A DNA stretch of 64,000 bases from Escherichia coli (GTDB taxonomy: Bacteria > Pseudomonadota > Gammaproteobacteria > Enterobacterales > Enterobacteriaceae). Below are positions 1 to 14,317 of the stretch, piece by piece. How positions within the stretch are numbered: the stretch's first letter is position 1; the number at the start of each line of letters is the position of its first letter. Both the position numbers and the translations under genes were made by a program. The stretch lies in the NCBI RefSeq assembly GCF_030384885.1, contig NZ_CP128613.1; one strand, 5' to 3'. Under the pieces are notes generated by a model. It saw only the letters and a program-made list of their open reading frames with translations, did not search any database and was not told the origin of the DNA.

Positions 1-479
1 TTGAACTGCCAACCTTCGTTTGTGTGCTGTTTGTTGGCGTGATTCTGAGCAACGGTCTGTCAATGATGGGCTTTTATCGCGTCTTTGAGCGTGCGGTATC
101 CGTTCTGGGTAACGTAAGTCTGTCGTTGTTCCTGGCGATGGCGCTGATGGGGCTGAAACTATGGGAGCTGGCTTCGCTGGCGCTGCCGATGCTGGCGATT
201 CTGGTGGTACAGACCATCTTCATGGCGTTGTATGCCATTTTCGTCACCTGGCGCATGATGGGTAAAAACTACGATGCGGCAGTGCTGGCAGCGGGTCACT
301 GTGGTTTTGGCCTTGGTGCAACGCCAACGGCAATCGCCAACATGCAAGCAATCACCGAACGTTTTGGCCCGTCGCACATGGCGTTCCTGGTCGTGCCGAT
401 GGTTGGTGCGTTCTTTATCGATATTGTCAATGCGCTGGTGATTAAGCTGTATTTAATGTTGCCGATTTTTGCCGGTTAA
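1..479 (+). CDS. gltS: Sodium/glutamate symporter GltS, C-terminal part (5' end outside window)
   Basis: ORF 24..479 is open to the window edge; hydrophobic membrane-protein sequence; position next to recG matches the K-12 gltS-recG arrangement. Confidence 0.8.
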   Translation, partial: ELPTFVCVLFVGVILSNGLSMMGFYRVFERAVSVLGNVSLSLFLAMALMGLKLWELASLALPMLAILVVQTIFMALYAIFVTWRMMGKNYDAAVLAAGHCGFGLGATPTAIANMQAITERFGPSHMAFLVVPMVGAFFIDIVNALVIKLYLMLPIFAG

Positions 480-587
480 TTGATGAAGCGGCGGTATAAG
501 TGCCGCCGCAACAAAGACAAATGTCTGATATGCTTCGCTTATCAAGTCTGCGTATTGATTCACAATTTATTGAATTTGTAGTTTTTT

Positions 588-625
588 TGTAGGACGGATA
601 AGGCGTTCACGCCGCATCCGGCAGG
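588..625. repeat. REP (repetitive extragenic palindromic) element
   Basis: Typical REP motif ggacggataaggcgttcacgccgcatccggca in the gltS-recG convergent intergenic region. Confidence 0.7.
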
Positions 626-667
626 AAGGTAGGGTAACCTGAAATGGCGGTTTCTCACCGCCGCCTT

Positions 668-2749
668 TTACGCATTTGAGTAACGTTCTGTTTCTGGCAT
701 CCAGCGTTCTATCAGGGCTTTTGCCTGCTGTGGGTAACGTTCGTGAATATGGCGTGCCAGGCGCTGAACTTCCGGGATCATCGCCTGATCGCGCAGCAAA
801 TCCGCCACTTTAAATTCAGCATTACCCGTCTGACGCGTGCCTAACAATTCGCCAGGGCCGCGAATCTCCAGATCTTTCTGTGCAATCACAAAACCATCGT
901 TGCTGTCGCGCAGCACTTGCAGGCGAATTTGCGCCGTTTTAGAAAGCGGTGTTTTGTAGAGCAACACGCAGTGAGAAGCCACCGCGCCACGACCTACACG
1001 CCCGCGCAGCTGGTGTAACTGCGCCAGACCCAGACGCTCAGGGTTTTCGATAATCATCAGGCTGGCGTTAGGCACATCAACGCCGACTTCAATAACGGTC
1101 GTGGCAACCAGCAGGTGTAACTCGCCTTGTTTAAATGATGCCATGACGGCCTGCTTCTCGGCTGGTTTCATCCGTCCGTGTACCAGACCAACATTCAACT
1201 CTGGTAGCGCCAGTTTCAACTCTTCCCAGGTAGCTTCCGCCGCCTGTGCTTCCAGTAATTCTGATTCTTCAATGAGTGTGCACACCCAGTACGCCTGACG
1301 CCCTTCAGTCATACAGGCGTGGCGCACGCGGTCGATAATGTCGTTGCGGCGGGTATCCGGGATTGCCACTGTCGTCACTGGCGTGCGGCCTGGCGGCAGC
1401 TCATCTATCACCGAGGTATCGAGATCGGCATATGCAGTCATTGCCAGCGTGCGGGGGATCGGCGTGGCGGTCATGATCAACTGATGCGGATGGAAGCCCT
1501 GCTGCTGGCCTTTCTCCCATAACGCCAGACGCTGATGCACGCCAAAACGATGCTGTTCGTCGATAATCACCAGCGCCAGGCCGTTAAACTGCACCTGTTC
1601 CTGGAAGATGGCGTGTGTACCGACAATCATCTGCACCTGACCGCTGGCGATGGCTTCCTGCTGTGCCAGTCGTGCTTTACCTTTCTGTTTACCGGCGAGC
1701 CAGCCCACTTCGATACCGAGCGGAGCAAACCAGTTACGGAAGTTATTGGCGTGCTGCTCGGCGAGTAATTCGGTTGGTGCCATCAATGCCACCTGTTTGC
1801 CGTGCGCAATCGCACGCAACGCGGCGAGGGCGGCGACCAGCGTTTTACCGGAACCTACATCGCCCTGCACCAGGCGCATCATCGGCACATCCAGCGCCAT
1901 ATCGCGCTCGATCTCCGCCACCACGCGTGCCTGTGCGCCCGTTGGCTTGAACGGTAAGGCTGCGAGGAGTTTATTTTTCAGCGCGTCATTGGCGCTCAGC
2001 GGCTGGGCATGAAAACGCTGTGCTCCGGCACGTAAGGCTAACATGCTGAGGTTGTGCGCCAGCAACTCTTCCAGAATCAGCCGGCGTTGTGCCGGATGCT
2101 GCCCGGTTTCGAGATCGCTAAGCTGTAGCGTCGGCGGCGGGCGGTGCAAAGTGCGCAACGCTTCCGGTAGCGTCATCATTCCTTGTGACAGTTCCGGCGG
2201 CAGGAGTTCTTCAATAGCGCAGGTGTCGAGCAGATCCAGCGCCTGGTCGGTTAATTTACGCAGCGTGGCCTGCTTTACGCCTTCCGTAGTTGGGTAAACC
2301 GGCGTTAGCGTCTCCTGCAACTCTGGCATACTGAGATCGCCCTGCACGCGGTATTCCGGGTGGATCATCTCCGCACCATATTTACCGCGCTTTGCTTCGC
2401 CATAGGCCAGCACGCGGCGGCCAGTCGCCAGGCTATTTTTCATTGCCGCGTTGAAGTTGAAAAAGCGCATGGTGAGAATGCCGGAACCGTCGCTGATCTG
2501 GCAGGTCATCATCCGCCGACCGCCGAAGGAGATATTGCAATTCAGCACTTCGCCTTCCACCGTGGCATAAACGCCCGGCAGTAGTTCACCGATGGGGTAG
2601 AGATGGGTGCGATCTTCGTAGCGCAGAGGAAGGTGTAAGAGTAAATCCTGCACGGTATGCAGGTTGATTTTCGCCAGCTTGTTACTAAGCGCTGCACCAA
2701 CGCCCGTTAGGGAACTGAGCGGGACAGCATCTAACAGGCGACCTTTCAT
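668..2749 (-). CDS. recG: ATP-dependent DNA helicase RecG
   Basis: Translation matches RecG from MKGRLLDAVPLSSLTGVGAAL...; 693 aa from the second Met of the 704-aa ORF; GSGKT Walker A motif present. Confidence 0.97.
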   Translation of the reverse strand: MKGRLLDAVPLSSLTGVGAALSNKLAKINLHTVQDLLLHLPLRYEDRTHLYPIGELLPGVYATVEGEVLNCNISFGGRRMMTCQISDGSGILTMRFFNFNAAMKNSLATGRRVLAYGEAKRGKYGAEMIHPEYRVQGDLSMPELQETLTPVYPTTEGVKQATLRKLTDQALDLLDTCAIEELLPPELSQGMMTLPEALRTLHRPPPTLQLSDLETGQHPAQRRLILEELLAHNLSMLALRAGAQRFHAQPLSANDALKNKLLAALPFKPTGAQARVVAEIERDMALDVPMMRLVQGDVGSGKTLVAALAALRAIAHGKQVALMAPTELLAEQHANNFRNWFAPLGIEVGWLAGKQKGKARLAQQEAIASGQVQMIVGTHAIFQEQVQFNGLALVIIDEQHRFGVHQRLALWEKGQQQGFHPHQLIMTATPIPRTLAMTAYADLDTSVIDELPPGRTPVTTVAIPDTRRNDIIDRVRHACMTEGRQAYWVCTLIEESELLEAQAAEATWEELKLALPELNVGLVHGRMKPAEKQAVMASFKQGELHLLVATTVIEVGVDVPNASLMIIENPERLGLAQLHQLRGRVGRGAVASHCVLLYKTPLSKTAQIRLQVLRDSNDGFVIAQKDLEIRGPGELLGTRQTGNAEFKVADLLRDQAMIPEVQRLARHIHERYPQQAKALIERWMPETERYSNA

Positions 2750-2754
2750 GGCGC

Positions 2755-3444
2755 TTACCCTGCCGCCTGCATAGTGGCCCACCAGTCAGCATCGGCTTCA
2801 ATTTCGCCTTGCTGATTAACGTGGGGGTAAGGTAGGCCTTTGCGTTTTGCGACTTTCGCCAGCACCGGATAGCCGCCTTCAAACAACAGCCGTTGTTGCT
2901 CCGCTTCCGGCAACATGCTGTTTTCCCGCAGATACATGCCTGCGTTTTGCCGCTGGCGCTGGGCTTCGTAAAGAATAAGGGCTGAGGCAACGGAAACATT
3001 CAGCGACTGCACCATGCCGATCATCGGAATGATGATGTCCTGATCCGCCAGGGCTAACGCTTCCTGCGTGATACCCGTTTTCTCCTGACCCATCAAAATA
3101 CAGGTCGGGCGGGTGTAATCAATTTCGCGGAAATCGACAGCGTTATCAGAAAGATGTGTAGCCAGGATCTGCATTCCCTGGCCTTTCAGATGGGCAACGG
3201 CATCGCCAATGGTGCGGTGCGTTTTCACCTGTACCCAACTGTTGCTGCCAGCCGCAGCCGAAGCCATGGTGCGCATCCGGCTGCCAGGCCAGACGGCATG
3301 AACTTCATGTACGCCAACGGCATCTGCGGTACGAATAATCGCAGAAACGTTATGGGGTTTGTGGACCTGCTCCATGCAGACGGTCAGATCAGGCTGCCGC
3401 CTGGCGAGCATTTCGCAGATGCGTGCATAACGTGTTGGGTTCAT
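2755..3444 (-). CDS. trmH: tRNA (Gm18) 2'-O-methyltransferase TrmH (SpoU)
   Basis: 229-aa ORF MNPTRYARICEMLARRQPDL..., sitting between recG and spoT as in the spoT operon. Confidence 0.96.
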   Translation of the reverse strand: MNPTRYARICEMLARRQPDLTVCMEQVHKPHNVSAIIRTADAVGVHEVHAVWPGSRMRTMASAAAGSNSWVQVKTHRTIGDAVAHLKGQGMQILATHLSDNAVDFREIDYTRPTCILMGQEKTGITQEALALADQDIIIPMIGMVQSLNVSVASALILYEAQRQRQNAGMYLRENSMLPEAEQQRLLFEGGYPVLAKVAKRKGLPYPHVNQQGEIEADADWWATMQAAG

Positions 3445-3450
3445 AAAACA

Positions 3451-5559
3451 TTAATTTCGGTTTCGGGTGACTTTAATCACGTCTGGCATCACGCGGATTT
3501 TGCGCATGATATTCGCCAGATGCACACGGTCACGGGCGGTCAGACGAATAAAGGCGCTGTAGACGCGACCATCTTTTTCTTCTGTATTCAAACTTTGAAT
3601 ATTCGAGGTCGTGGTGTTAATTGCCGCCGTCAGGTTTGCCAGCGCGCCCTGATGATTGAACATCTCCACCTTGATTTCGGTGATGAACTCCTGTGCCGTC
3701 TCTTTATCCCATTCCACAGCCATAAATTTCTCTGGCTCTTTCTGGTAGCCACGGATGTTACGGCAGGATTCATGGTGGATCACCAGACCTTTACCGGGGC
3801 TGACGTGGGCGATAATCGGGTCGCCAGGAATGGGGCGGCAGCATTTCGCAAAGGTGATCAACACGCCATCAGCACCTTTAATCGGCAGATGCCCGTGGCT
3901 TTGAGTCGCCGGCGGAATGGAGGCGTCCCCATGTTGCATATTTTTCGCGACCACCACGCTCATTGCGTTACCAAGGCCGATTTCAGCCAGCAGATCGTCA
4001 AGCGTTGCCAGCTTCATGCGGTCCAGCTCGCGCTGAATATTTTCCGGCGGGATTTCATTGAGCTTACGGCTGCCACCCAACGCATGATTGAGCAGACGAC
4101 GGCCCAGGCTTACAGAATCATCACGCTTGAGGTTTTTCAGCAACTGACGAATTTTGGCGCGCGCTTTCGAGCTAACGACAAAGTTCAGCCACGCGGCGTT
4201 CGGGCGAGCGCCCGGTGCAGTAATGATTTCAACGGTTTGACCGCTGGTAAGCGGCTGCGACAGCGGGTAAGGCTGACGGTCGACGCGTGCGCCCACGCAG
4301 GCATGACCGATATCGGTATGTACCGCATAAGCGAAGTCGACAGGTGTTGCACCGGCAGGCAGCTCGACAATTCGCCCTTCCGGTGTGAAAACGTAAATCT
4401 CATCCGGGAAGAGATCGGATTTAACGCTCTCGATAAATTCAAACGAACTACCGGCGCTCTGTTGCAGCTCCAGCAGGCTTTGCATCCAGCGCTGGGCGCG
4501 AATTTGTGCGGTAGTACTGGTTTCGCCGTGCTCTTTATAAGCCCAGTGCGCGGCAACACCCATCTCTGCCATCTGATCCATATCTTCGGTACGGATCTGG
4601 ACTTCAACCGGCACGCCGTGCGGGCCAATCATCGAGGTGTGCAAAGACTGATAGCCGTTCGCTTTTGGAATGGCGATGTAGTCTTTCACGCGACCCGGAC
4701 GCGGCTTGTACAGGCTATGCATTTGCCCGAGCACGCGATAACAGGTGTCGGAATCATTGACGATCACGCGGAAGGCGTAGATGTCCATGATTGAGTGAAA
4801 ACGCTGCTCTTTGAGCACCATTTTGCAGTAGATCGAATAAAGATGCTTCTCGCGACCACTGACGCGGCACGGTATTCCCGCTTCCTGCAAACGCCCTTCG
4901 ATTTCCGAGAGGATTTTTTGGATCATCTCTTTACGGTTGCCGCGTGCGGCTTTCACCACTTCTTTGATTACGCGGTAACGGTTGGGATACAGCGCCTCAA
5001 AACCCAGCTCTTCGAGTTCGGTTTTAATGTGGTGGATACCTAAACGGTGTGCCAGCGGGCTGTAAATTTCGAGGGTTTCACGGGCGATGCGGCGACGTTT
5101 GTCCGGGCGAAGTGAGCCCAGCGTGCGCATGTTGTGGGTACGGTCGGCAAGTTTGATGAGAATGACGCGGATATCCTGCACCATCGCCATAATCATCTTG
5201 CGAAAGTTTTCGGCCTGCGCCTCTTTCTTATCGCGGAACTTGAGTTTATCAAGTTTCGACACCCCCTCTACCAGCTCGGCGACGCTTTTACCAAAAAGCT
5301 GTTCCATGTCCTGGTAGGTGGCGGGTGTATCTTCAATCACGTCATGCAGCAGCGCCGCCATTAGCGTTTCATAGTCGAGTTTCATCTCGGCCAGAATGCA
5401 GGCAACCGCTACCGGGTGCGTGATATAGGGTTCACCGCTTGAACGTGTTTGCCCCTCGTGAGCATCACGTGCAACGAGATACGCCTGCCGCAGACGCTTG
5501 ATTTGGTCTTCCGGCAGGTAGGTTTGAATCAGTTGATTCAGGCTTTCAAACAGATACAA
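3451..5559 (-). CDS. spoT: Bifunctional (p)ppGpp synthetase/hydrolase SpoT
   Basis: 702-aa ORF MYLFESLNQLIQTYLPEDQIKRLRQAY...; the start codon is TTG (caa on the + strand at 5557..5559), as known for spoT. Confidence 0.97.
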   Translation of the reverse strand: MYLFESLNQLIQTYLPEDQIKRLRQAYLVARDAHEGQTRSSGEPYITHPVAVACILAEMKLDYETLMAALLHDVIEDTPATYQDMEQLFGKSVAELVEGVSKLDKLKFRDKKEAQAENFRKMIMAMVQDIRVILIKLADRTHNMRTLGSLRPDKRRRIARETLEIYSPLAHRLGIHHIKTELEELGFEALYPNRYRVIKEVVKAARGNRKEMIQKILSEIEGRLQEAGIPCRVSGREKHLYSIYCKMVLKEQRFHSIMDIYAFRVIVNDSDTCYRVLGQMHSLYKPRPGRVKDYIAIPKANGYQSLHTSMIGPHGVPVEVQIRTEDMDQMAEMGVAAHWAYKEHGETSTTAQIRAQRWMQSLLELQQSAGSSFEFIESVKSDLFPDEIYVFTPEGRIVELPAGATPVDFAYAVHTDIGHACVGARVDRQPYPLSQPLTSGQTVEIITAPGARPNAAWLNFVVSSKARAKIRQLLKNLKRDDSVSLGRRLLNHALGGSRKLNEIPPENIQRELDRMKLATLDDLLAEIGLGNAMSVVVAKNMQHGDASIPPATQSHGHLPIKGADGVLITFAKCCRPIPGDPIIAHVSPGKGLVIHHESCRNIRGYQKEPEKFMAVEWDKETAQEFITEIKVEMFNHQGALANLTAAINTTTSNIQSLNTEEKDGRVYSAFIRLTARDRVHLANIMRKIRVMPDVIKVTRNRN

Positions 5560-5577
5560 GGGCGACCCGCTTTGTGA

Positions 5578-5853
5578 TTAACGACGACCTTCAGCAATAG
5601 CGGTAACGGCTTGTAATTCAGCGGCTTCCTGCTCTTGCTGTTCCTGGCGTTCGCGAACGTCGAGGATCTGGTTGTTAATCAGACCTTCTTCGATTTCGCG
5701 CAGCGCGATTACTGTGGTTTTATCGTTTTCTTCCGGTACCAGCGGATCCTTTCCGCCTACCTGCATCTGACGAGCGCGACGCGCGGCGACCAGTACCAGG
5801 TCAAAACGGTTACCAATTTTCTCTACAGCGTCCTGAACAGTTACGCGTGCCAT
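5578..5853 (-). CDS. rpoZ: RNA polymerase omega subunit
   Basis: 91-aa [32 protein letters not shown]... matches RpoZ. Confidence 0.98.
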
Positions 5854-5907
5854 ACTTAAAAAGCTCCACAGGTGAAGAAATGACTGGGCATGATACTGAA
5901 ATCAGGT

Positions 5908-6672
<765 letters not shown>

Positions 6673-6696
6673 GATTCACTGCAATAAAGACGATTC

Positions 6697-9085
<2,389 letters not shown>

Positions 9086-9336
9086 GGTTCTCTCCCTAAA
9101 AATCTGTCTGGCAGGGTAGCGATTTGTGCGCATTGTCACGATTGAGATTTTTTAAGGTGAGAGGAAATTGATAATTTGTAGTTATGTGAAATTGTTATTT
9201 TCTGTAGTGTGAATGCATTATTCTGATTTCGTGATAAGTAAAATGCATTAGAAAAAGTATGGAGTAATTAAACGTGAGGACGAAACTATATGCGTAGCGC
9301 CGCTGTAATTTACAACGGCCTACGGAGATATGTTGT

Positions 9337-10200
9337 TTACTCAATATTCTGGATTTGCTCGCGCATCTGCTCGATCAACACTTTCAGCTCGATGGCAGAG
9401 TTTGTCACTTCGGCATTGATAGACTTCGAGGCCAGGGTGTTTGACTCGCGGTTGAACTCCTGCATCATAAAGTCCAGACGACGACCAACGGCTTCTTTTT
9501 TCTTCAGAATGTTGTAGGTCTCTTTAACATGCGCTTCGAGGCGGTCCAACTCTTCGGCAACGTCAATTCGTTGTGCCAGCAGAACCAACTCCTGCTCCAG
9601 ACGGTTGTTTTCCAGTTGCACCTGGGCGTCTTCCAGCTTAGCCACCAGACGTTCACGCTGCCATTGCAGGATTTCCGGCATATGGGCGCGGACTTTGACC
9701 ACTTCGGCGGTCACGCCTTCCAGACGCTGCTCGATCAATGCTTTCAGCGCCTGACCTTCGGTTTCGCGCGCGACGATAAAGTCATCCAGCGTACCATCCA
9801 GCGCCGCGAGAATTTCAGCAGCAATCGCGTCGAGATCCTGCTCCTGGGCTGCCATCACGCCTGGCCAACGGAGAATATCAACCGGGTTGATTTCCCCTTC
9901 GTCACTCTGCATTTTTACCCAGTTCGCGGCAGTTACCAGCTGTTTAGCCAGTTTTTCGTTGAGGATCAGCTCACCTTGCGCGCTAACATCTGGCTCATAG
10001 CGCAGGGTACATTCCACTTTACCGCGCGTCAGGCGAGAACGAATACGCTCGCGAACGACAGGTTCAAGGCTACGGAACTGCTCCGGCAGACGAAAGTAAG
10101 TTTCCAGATAACGCTGGTTTACCGAGCGCATTTCCCAGGTTGCGCTCCCCCATTCACCCTTGATTTCACGCCGGGCGTAGGCGGTCATACTGCGGATCAT
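9337..10200 (-). CDS. yicC: YicC-family stress-induced protein
   Basis: 287-aa ORF MIRSMTAYARREIKGEWGSATWEMRSVNQRYLE...; divergent from rph as in K-12. Confidence 0.95.
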   Translation of the reverse strand: MIRSMTAYARREIKGEWGSATWEMRSVNQRYLETYFRLPEQFRSLEPVVRERIRSRLTRGKVECTLRYEPDVSAQGELILNEKLAKQLVTAANWVKMQSDEGEINPVDILRWPGVMAAQEQDLDAIAAEILAALDGTLDDFIVARETEGQALKALIEQRLEGVTAEVVKVRAHMPEILQWQRERLVAKLEDAQVQLENNRLEQELVLLAQRIDVAEELDRLEAHVKETYNILKKKEAVGRRLDFMMQEFNRESNTLASKSINAEVTNSAIELKVLIEQMREQIQNIE

Positions 10201-10326
10201 AGACGTTCCTGTTTATAAAAGGAGAGGTGGAAGGATTATAGCCATCGATGCCTTGTCAGGATAGGAATAACCGCCGGAAGTCCGTATAATGCGCAGCCAC
10301 ATTTGTTTCAAGCCGGAGATTTCAAT

Positions 10327-11043
10327 ATGCGTCCAGCAGGCCGTAGCAATAATCAGGTGCGTCCCGTTACCCTGACTCGTAACTATACAAAACATGCAGA
10401 AGGCTCGGTGCTGGTCGAATTTGGCGATACCAAAGTGTTGTGTACCGCCTCTATTGAAGAAGGCGTGCCGCGCTTCCTGAAAGGTCAGGGCCAGGGCTGG
10501 ATCACCGCAGAATACGGTATGCTGCCGCGTTCTACTCATACCCGTAATGCCCGTGAAGCGGCGAAAGGTAAGCAGGGGGGACGCACAATGGAAATCCAGC
10601 GTCTGATCGCCCGTGCTCTTCGCGCGGCAGTAGATTTGAAAGCGCTGGGTGAGTTCACCATTACGCTGGACTGCGACGTGCTTCAGGCTGATGGTGGCAC
10701 GCGTACCGCTTCTATCACCGGTGCTTGTGTTGCACTAGCCGATGCCCTGAATAAACTGGTTGAAAATGGCAAGCTGAAAACCAACCCGATGAAAGGGATG
10801 GTAGCCGCGGTTTCTGTCGGGATTGTGAACGGCGAAGCGGTTTGCGATCTGGAATACGTTGAAGACTCTGCCGCTGAAACGGACATGAACGTGGTGATGA
10901 CCGAAGACGGGCGCATCATTGAAGTGCAGGGAACGGCAGAAGGCGAGCCGTTTACCCATGAAGAGCTACTCACCTTGTTGGCGCTGGCCCGAGGGGGAAT
11001 CGAATCCATTGTAGCGACGCAGAAGGCGGCGCTGGCAAACTGA
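10327..11043 (+). CDS. rph: Ribonuclease PH, intact full-length
   Basis: 238 aa from [26 protein letters not shown]... to ...ATQKAALAN; no sign of the K-12 rph-1 frameshift. Confidence 0.96.
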
Positions 11044-11048
11044 TTTTT

Positions 11049-11080
11049 AAGGCGACTGATGAGTCGCCTTTTTTTTGTCT
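11049..11080 (+). terminator. rph terminator / pyrE attenuator hairpin
   Basis: aaggcgactgatgagtcgcc hairpin followed by an 8-T run, directly upstream of pyrE. Confidence 0.85.
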
Positions 11081-11108
11081 GTAGAAAAGTAAGATGAGGA
11101 GCGAAGGC

Positions 11109-11750
11109 ATGAAACCATATCAGCGCCAGTTTATTGAATTTGCGCTTGGCAAGCAGGTGTTAAAGTTTGGCGAGTTTACGCTGAAGTCCGGGCGCAAAAG
11201 CCCCTATTTCTTCAACGCCGGGCTGTTTAATACCGGGCGCGATCTGGCACTGTTAGGCCGTTTTTACGCTGAAGCGTTAGTGGATTCCGGCATTAAGTTC
11301 GATCTGCTGTTTGGCCCTGCTTACAAAGGGATCCCAATTGCCACCACAACTGCTGTGGCGCTGGCGGAGCATCATGACCTGGATCTGCCGTACTGCTTTA
11401 ACCGCAAAGAAGCAAAAGACCACGGTGAAGGCGGCAATCTGGTCGGTAGCGCGTTACAAGGACGCGTAATGCTGGTGGATGATGTGATCACCGCCGGAAC
11501 GGCGATTCGTGAGTCGATGGAAATTATTCAGGCCAATGGCGCGACGCTTGCTGGCGTATTGATTTCGCTCGATCGTCAGGAGCGTGGTCGCGGCGAGATT
11601 TCGGCAATTCAGGAAGTTGAACGTGATTACAACTGCAAAGTGATCTCTATCATCACCCTGAAAGACTTGATTGCTTATCTGGAAGAGAAGCCAGAAATGG
11701 CGGAACATCTGGCGGCGGTTAAGGCCTATCGCGAAGAGTTCGGCGTTTAA
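11109..11750 (+). CDS. pyrE: Orotate phosphoribosyltransferase
   Basis: 213 aa from [36 protein letters not shown]... Confidence 0.97.
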   Translation: MKPYQRQFIEFALGKQVLKFGEFTLKSGRKSPYFFNAGLFNTGRDLALLGRFYAEALVDSGIKFDLLFGPAYKGIPIATTTAVALAEHHDLDLPYCFNRKEAKDHGEGGNLVGSALQGRVMLVDDVITAGTAIRESMEIIQANGATLAGVLISLDRQERGRGEISAIQEVERDYNCKVISIITLKDLIAYLEEKPEMAEHLAAVKAYREEFGV

Positions 11751-11756
11751 AGAAAC

Positions 11757-11781
11757 TCGCCGGATGAAAAGTCATCCGGCG
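11757..11781. terminator. Hairpin between convergent pyrE and slmA
   Basis: cgccggatgaaaagtcatccggcg inverted repeat just after the pyrE stop. Confidence 0.6.
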
Positions 11782-11786
11782 TCATA

Positions 11787-12383
11787 TTACTGCAACTGTG
11801 CAGCAATTAGCGGCCAGCGGGCGTCAAAGTCATCCGTCGGGCGGTATTTAAACTCGCTGCGGACAAAGCGTGACAGCATACCTTCACAGAAGGCCAGGAT
11901 CTGGCTTGCCAGCAGTGTTTCATCGGTGGTGTAACCTTCACCCTCACGCATTCTCTTTTCACGCAATACCTGACGCAACTGCGCTTCAATACGCTCGAAC
12001 AGTTGGTTGATGCGCCCTTGCAGGCGGTCTTGTTCAAACATCAGCGCATGCCCGGTAAGGATGCGGGTCAGGCCAGGATTACGCTCACCAAAACCGAGGA
12101 GCAACAACACGATCAGACGCAGGCGCGCTGTGGTGTCCTTCTCATCTTTCAGAATCAGATTGATGCGAGTAATCAGGCTATCTTCGATAAACTCAATCAG
12201 GCTATCGAACATGCGGGTCTTACTGGGGAAGTGGCGATACAGTGCCGCTTCGGAAACGCCGACAGAGGCGGCCAGTTTTGCCGTCGTGATACGTTGGCTT
12301 CCATCGCTGGATTCCAGCATCAGCGCCAGAGACTGAAGTATTTCTTCGCGACGGTTCCTTTTCGCAGTTTGTTTTTCTGCCAT
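11787..12383 (-). CDS. slmA: Nucleoid occlusion factor SlmA (TetR family)
   Basis: 198 aa from [52 protein letters not shown]... Confidence 0.96.
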
Positions 12384-12489
12384 GTTACAAAATACCCCTG
12401 AAAATAAGCACTTGCCAGGCGGCACCCACGCTATGACCGCAAACGAAATGTTTGCGGCTATGTTATGACGTTATTCGGATGCGTATGTG

Positions 12490-12948
12490 TTACTGACGAC
12501 CAGAGTGACCAAAGCCGCCTTCACCGCGGTCGGTGGCGTCGAAATCTTCCACCAGATTAAATTCAGCCTGTACTACCGGAACAAAAATCATTTGGGCGAT
12601 ACGTTCGCCAGGTTGAATGGTGAAGCTGTCCTGACCACGGTTCCACACAGAGATCATCAACTGGCCCTGATAGTCAGAATCGATCAATCCTACCAGGTTA
12701 CCGAGCACGATACCGTGCTTATGTCCCAATCCGGAACGCGGCAGCATCATGGCTGCCAGTGAAGGATCGGCAATATGAATCGCCAGCCCGGTTGGAACCA
12801 GAGTAGTGGCACCCGGTGCCAGTTCTACGGCGTCGTCGAGACAGGCGCGCAGGTCAAGTCCGGCAGAGCCAGAGGTGGCATAAGTCGGGAGTGGAAATTC
12901 CTTCCCAACGCGCGGGTCCAGAATCTTAACGTCGATTTTTTTCATCAT
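12490..12948 (-). CDS. dut: dUTP diphosphatase
   Basis: [38 protein letters not shown]...; the true start may be the second Met (12945). Confidence 0.96.
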   Translation of the reverse strand: MMKKIDVKILDPRVGKEFPLPTYATSGSAGLDLRACLDDAVELAPGATTLVPTGLAIHIADPSLAAMMLPRSGLGHKHGIVLGNLVGLIDSDYQGQLMISVWNRGQDSFTIQPGERIAQMIFVPVVQAEFNLVEDFDATDRGEGGFGHSGRQ

Positions 12949-14146
12949 AACGGGTCACGATCTCGTCGAGTAATAATTGGCCAAGGAGCTCTTTTCGCTC
13001 AAGCGGTAAAACTTTATCTCCGTCCTGCCAGAAAAGGTGTAATGCGTTGCTGTCGCTGTTAAATCCTTGAGTTGGCTGGGAAACATCGTTCGCGCAGATC
13101 AGATCAAGGTTTTTACGGATACGTTTTTGCCGGGCGTATTCTTCCACATTATTTGTTTCGGCGGCAAATCCTACGACGTAGGGTCGATGGTCTTTTAGTG
13201 CGGCAACACCAGCGACGATATCGGGGTTTTTAACCATTTTTATTGTTAATTCATCACCCTGCGTGGCCTGCTTTTTGATTTTCTCTGGGGCCACTGTAGC
13301 GGCGCGATAATCGGCCACGGCGGCGCAACCGATAAAAATATTTTGCTGCTGTACAGAAGCATTTACGGCGGCTTCCATTTCCAGCGCAGTCATTACATCA
13401 ACACGTTTAACAAACGGTGGCGTCGGTAGTGAAACCGGACCTGATACCAGCGTGACGTTCGCGCCACGACGGGCAGCGGCGGCGGCGATAGCAAACCCCA
13501 TCTTGCCGGAGCTGTGATTAGAGATATAACGCACCGGGTCAAGCGGTTCACGCGTCGGACCGGCGGTAATCATAATGTTCAGATGTTTCAGGTCGTTGAC
13601 GGGCGAAAAATGGGCTACCGCCATATCCACAATGGTTAACGGATCGAGCATTCGCCCTGGGCCGATATCACCACAAGCCTGACTGCCACTGTCTGGCCCC
13701 CAGATGAGCAAACCACGGGAAGCAAGCACCTCTAAATTATGCTGCGTGGCAGCGGCACGGTACATCTGCTGGTTCATGGCGGGGAGCACGGCTACAGGCG
13801 CAGGTGTAGCCAGGCAAATCGTCGATACCAGGTCATTCGCCATTCCGGCAGCAACACGGGCAATCAAATCTGCCGTGGCAGGGGCGAGAATCACTAAATC
13901 AGCCCATTTACCCAGCTCAATATGGCCCATAGCGGCTTCGGCTGCCGGGTCAAGCAGACTGTCGGAAACGGGATACCCCGAAACTGCCTGCAAGCTAAGT
14001 GGGGTAATAAAGGCTTTTGCCGCTTCGGTCATGGCTACGCGGACGTCGGCCCCGCGATCGCGCAAACGACGCACCAGTTCAGGGGTTTTATAGGCAGCAA
14101 TACCGCCGCTGACGCCGAGAACGATTTTTTTACCGGCCAGGCTCAT
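12926..14146 (-). CDS. coaBC: Bifunctional phosphopantothenoylcysteine decarboxylase / synthetase CoaBC (Dfp)
   Basis: 406 aa from [28 protein letters not shown]...; the ATG at 14144..14146 was checked in the sequence. Confidence 0.96.
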   Translation of the reverse strand: MSLAGKKIVLGVSGGIAAYKTPELVRRLRDRGADVRVAMTEAAKAFITPLSLQAVSGYPVSDSLLDPAAEAAMGHIELGKWADLVILAPATADLIARVAAGMANDLVSTICLATPAPVAVLPAMNQQMYRAAATQHNLEVLASRGLLIWGPDSGSQACGDIGPGRMLDPLTIVDMAVAHFSPVNDLKHLNIMITAGPTREPLDPVRYISNHSSGKMGFAIAAAAARRGANVTLVSGPVSLPTPPFVKRVDVMTALEMEAAVNASVQQQNIFIGCAAVADYRAATVAPEKIKKQATQGDELTIKMVKNPDIVAGVAALKDHRPYVVGFAAETNNVEEYARQKRIRKNLDLICANDVSQPTQGFNSDSNALHLFWQDGDKVLPLERKELLGQLLLDEIVTRYDEKNRR

Positions 14147-14317
14147 GATGATTTTTCCTGTTGGGTGACACCAGAAGTTGGCGATTTTATCACAATACTT
14201 TTGTTGTCGTGCCTTCACCTGAGAATCACTTTGCGAGGCGCTTTCCAGGATTGAAAACTGGCCGTCGATTTAACGGAACGGCTATGACAGGATGCGAGCA
14301 CCACAAAGGAGGTGAAG

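Noticed and set aside
3154-4794. 546-aa ORF on the + strand
   Set aside because: Entirely antisense to spoT, which is unambiguous; no RBS or conserved sequence; a typical spurious long ORF in GC-rich coding DNA.
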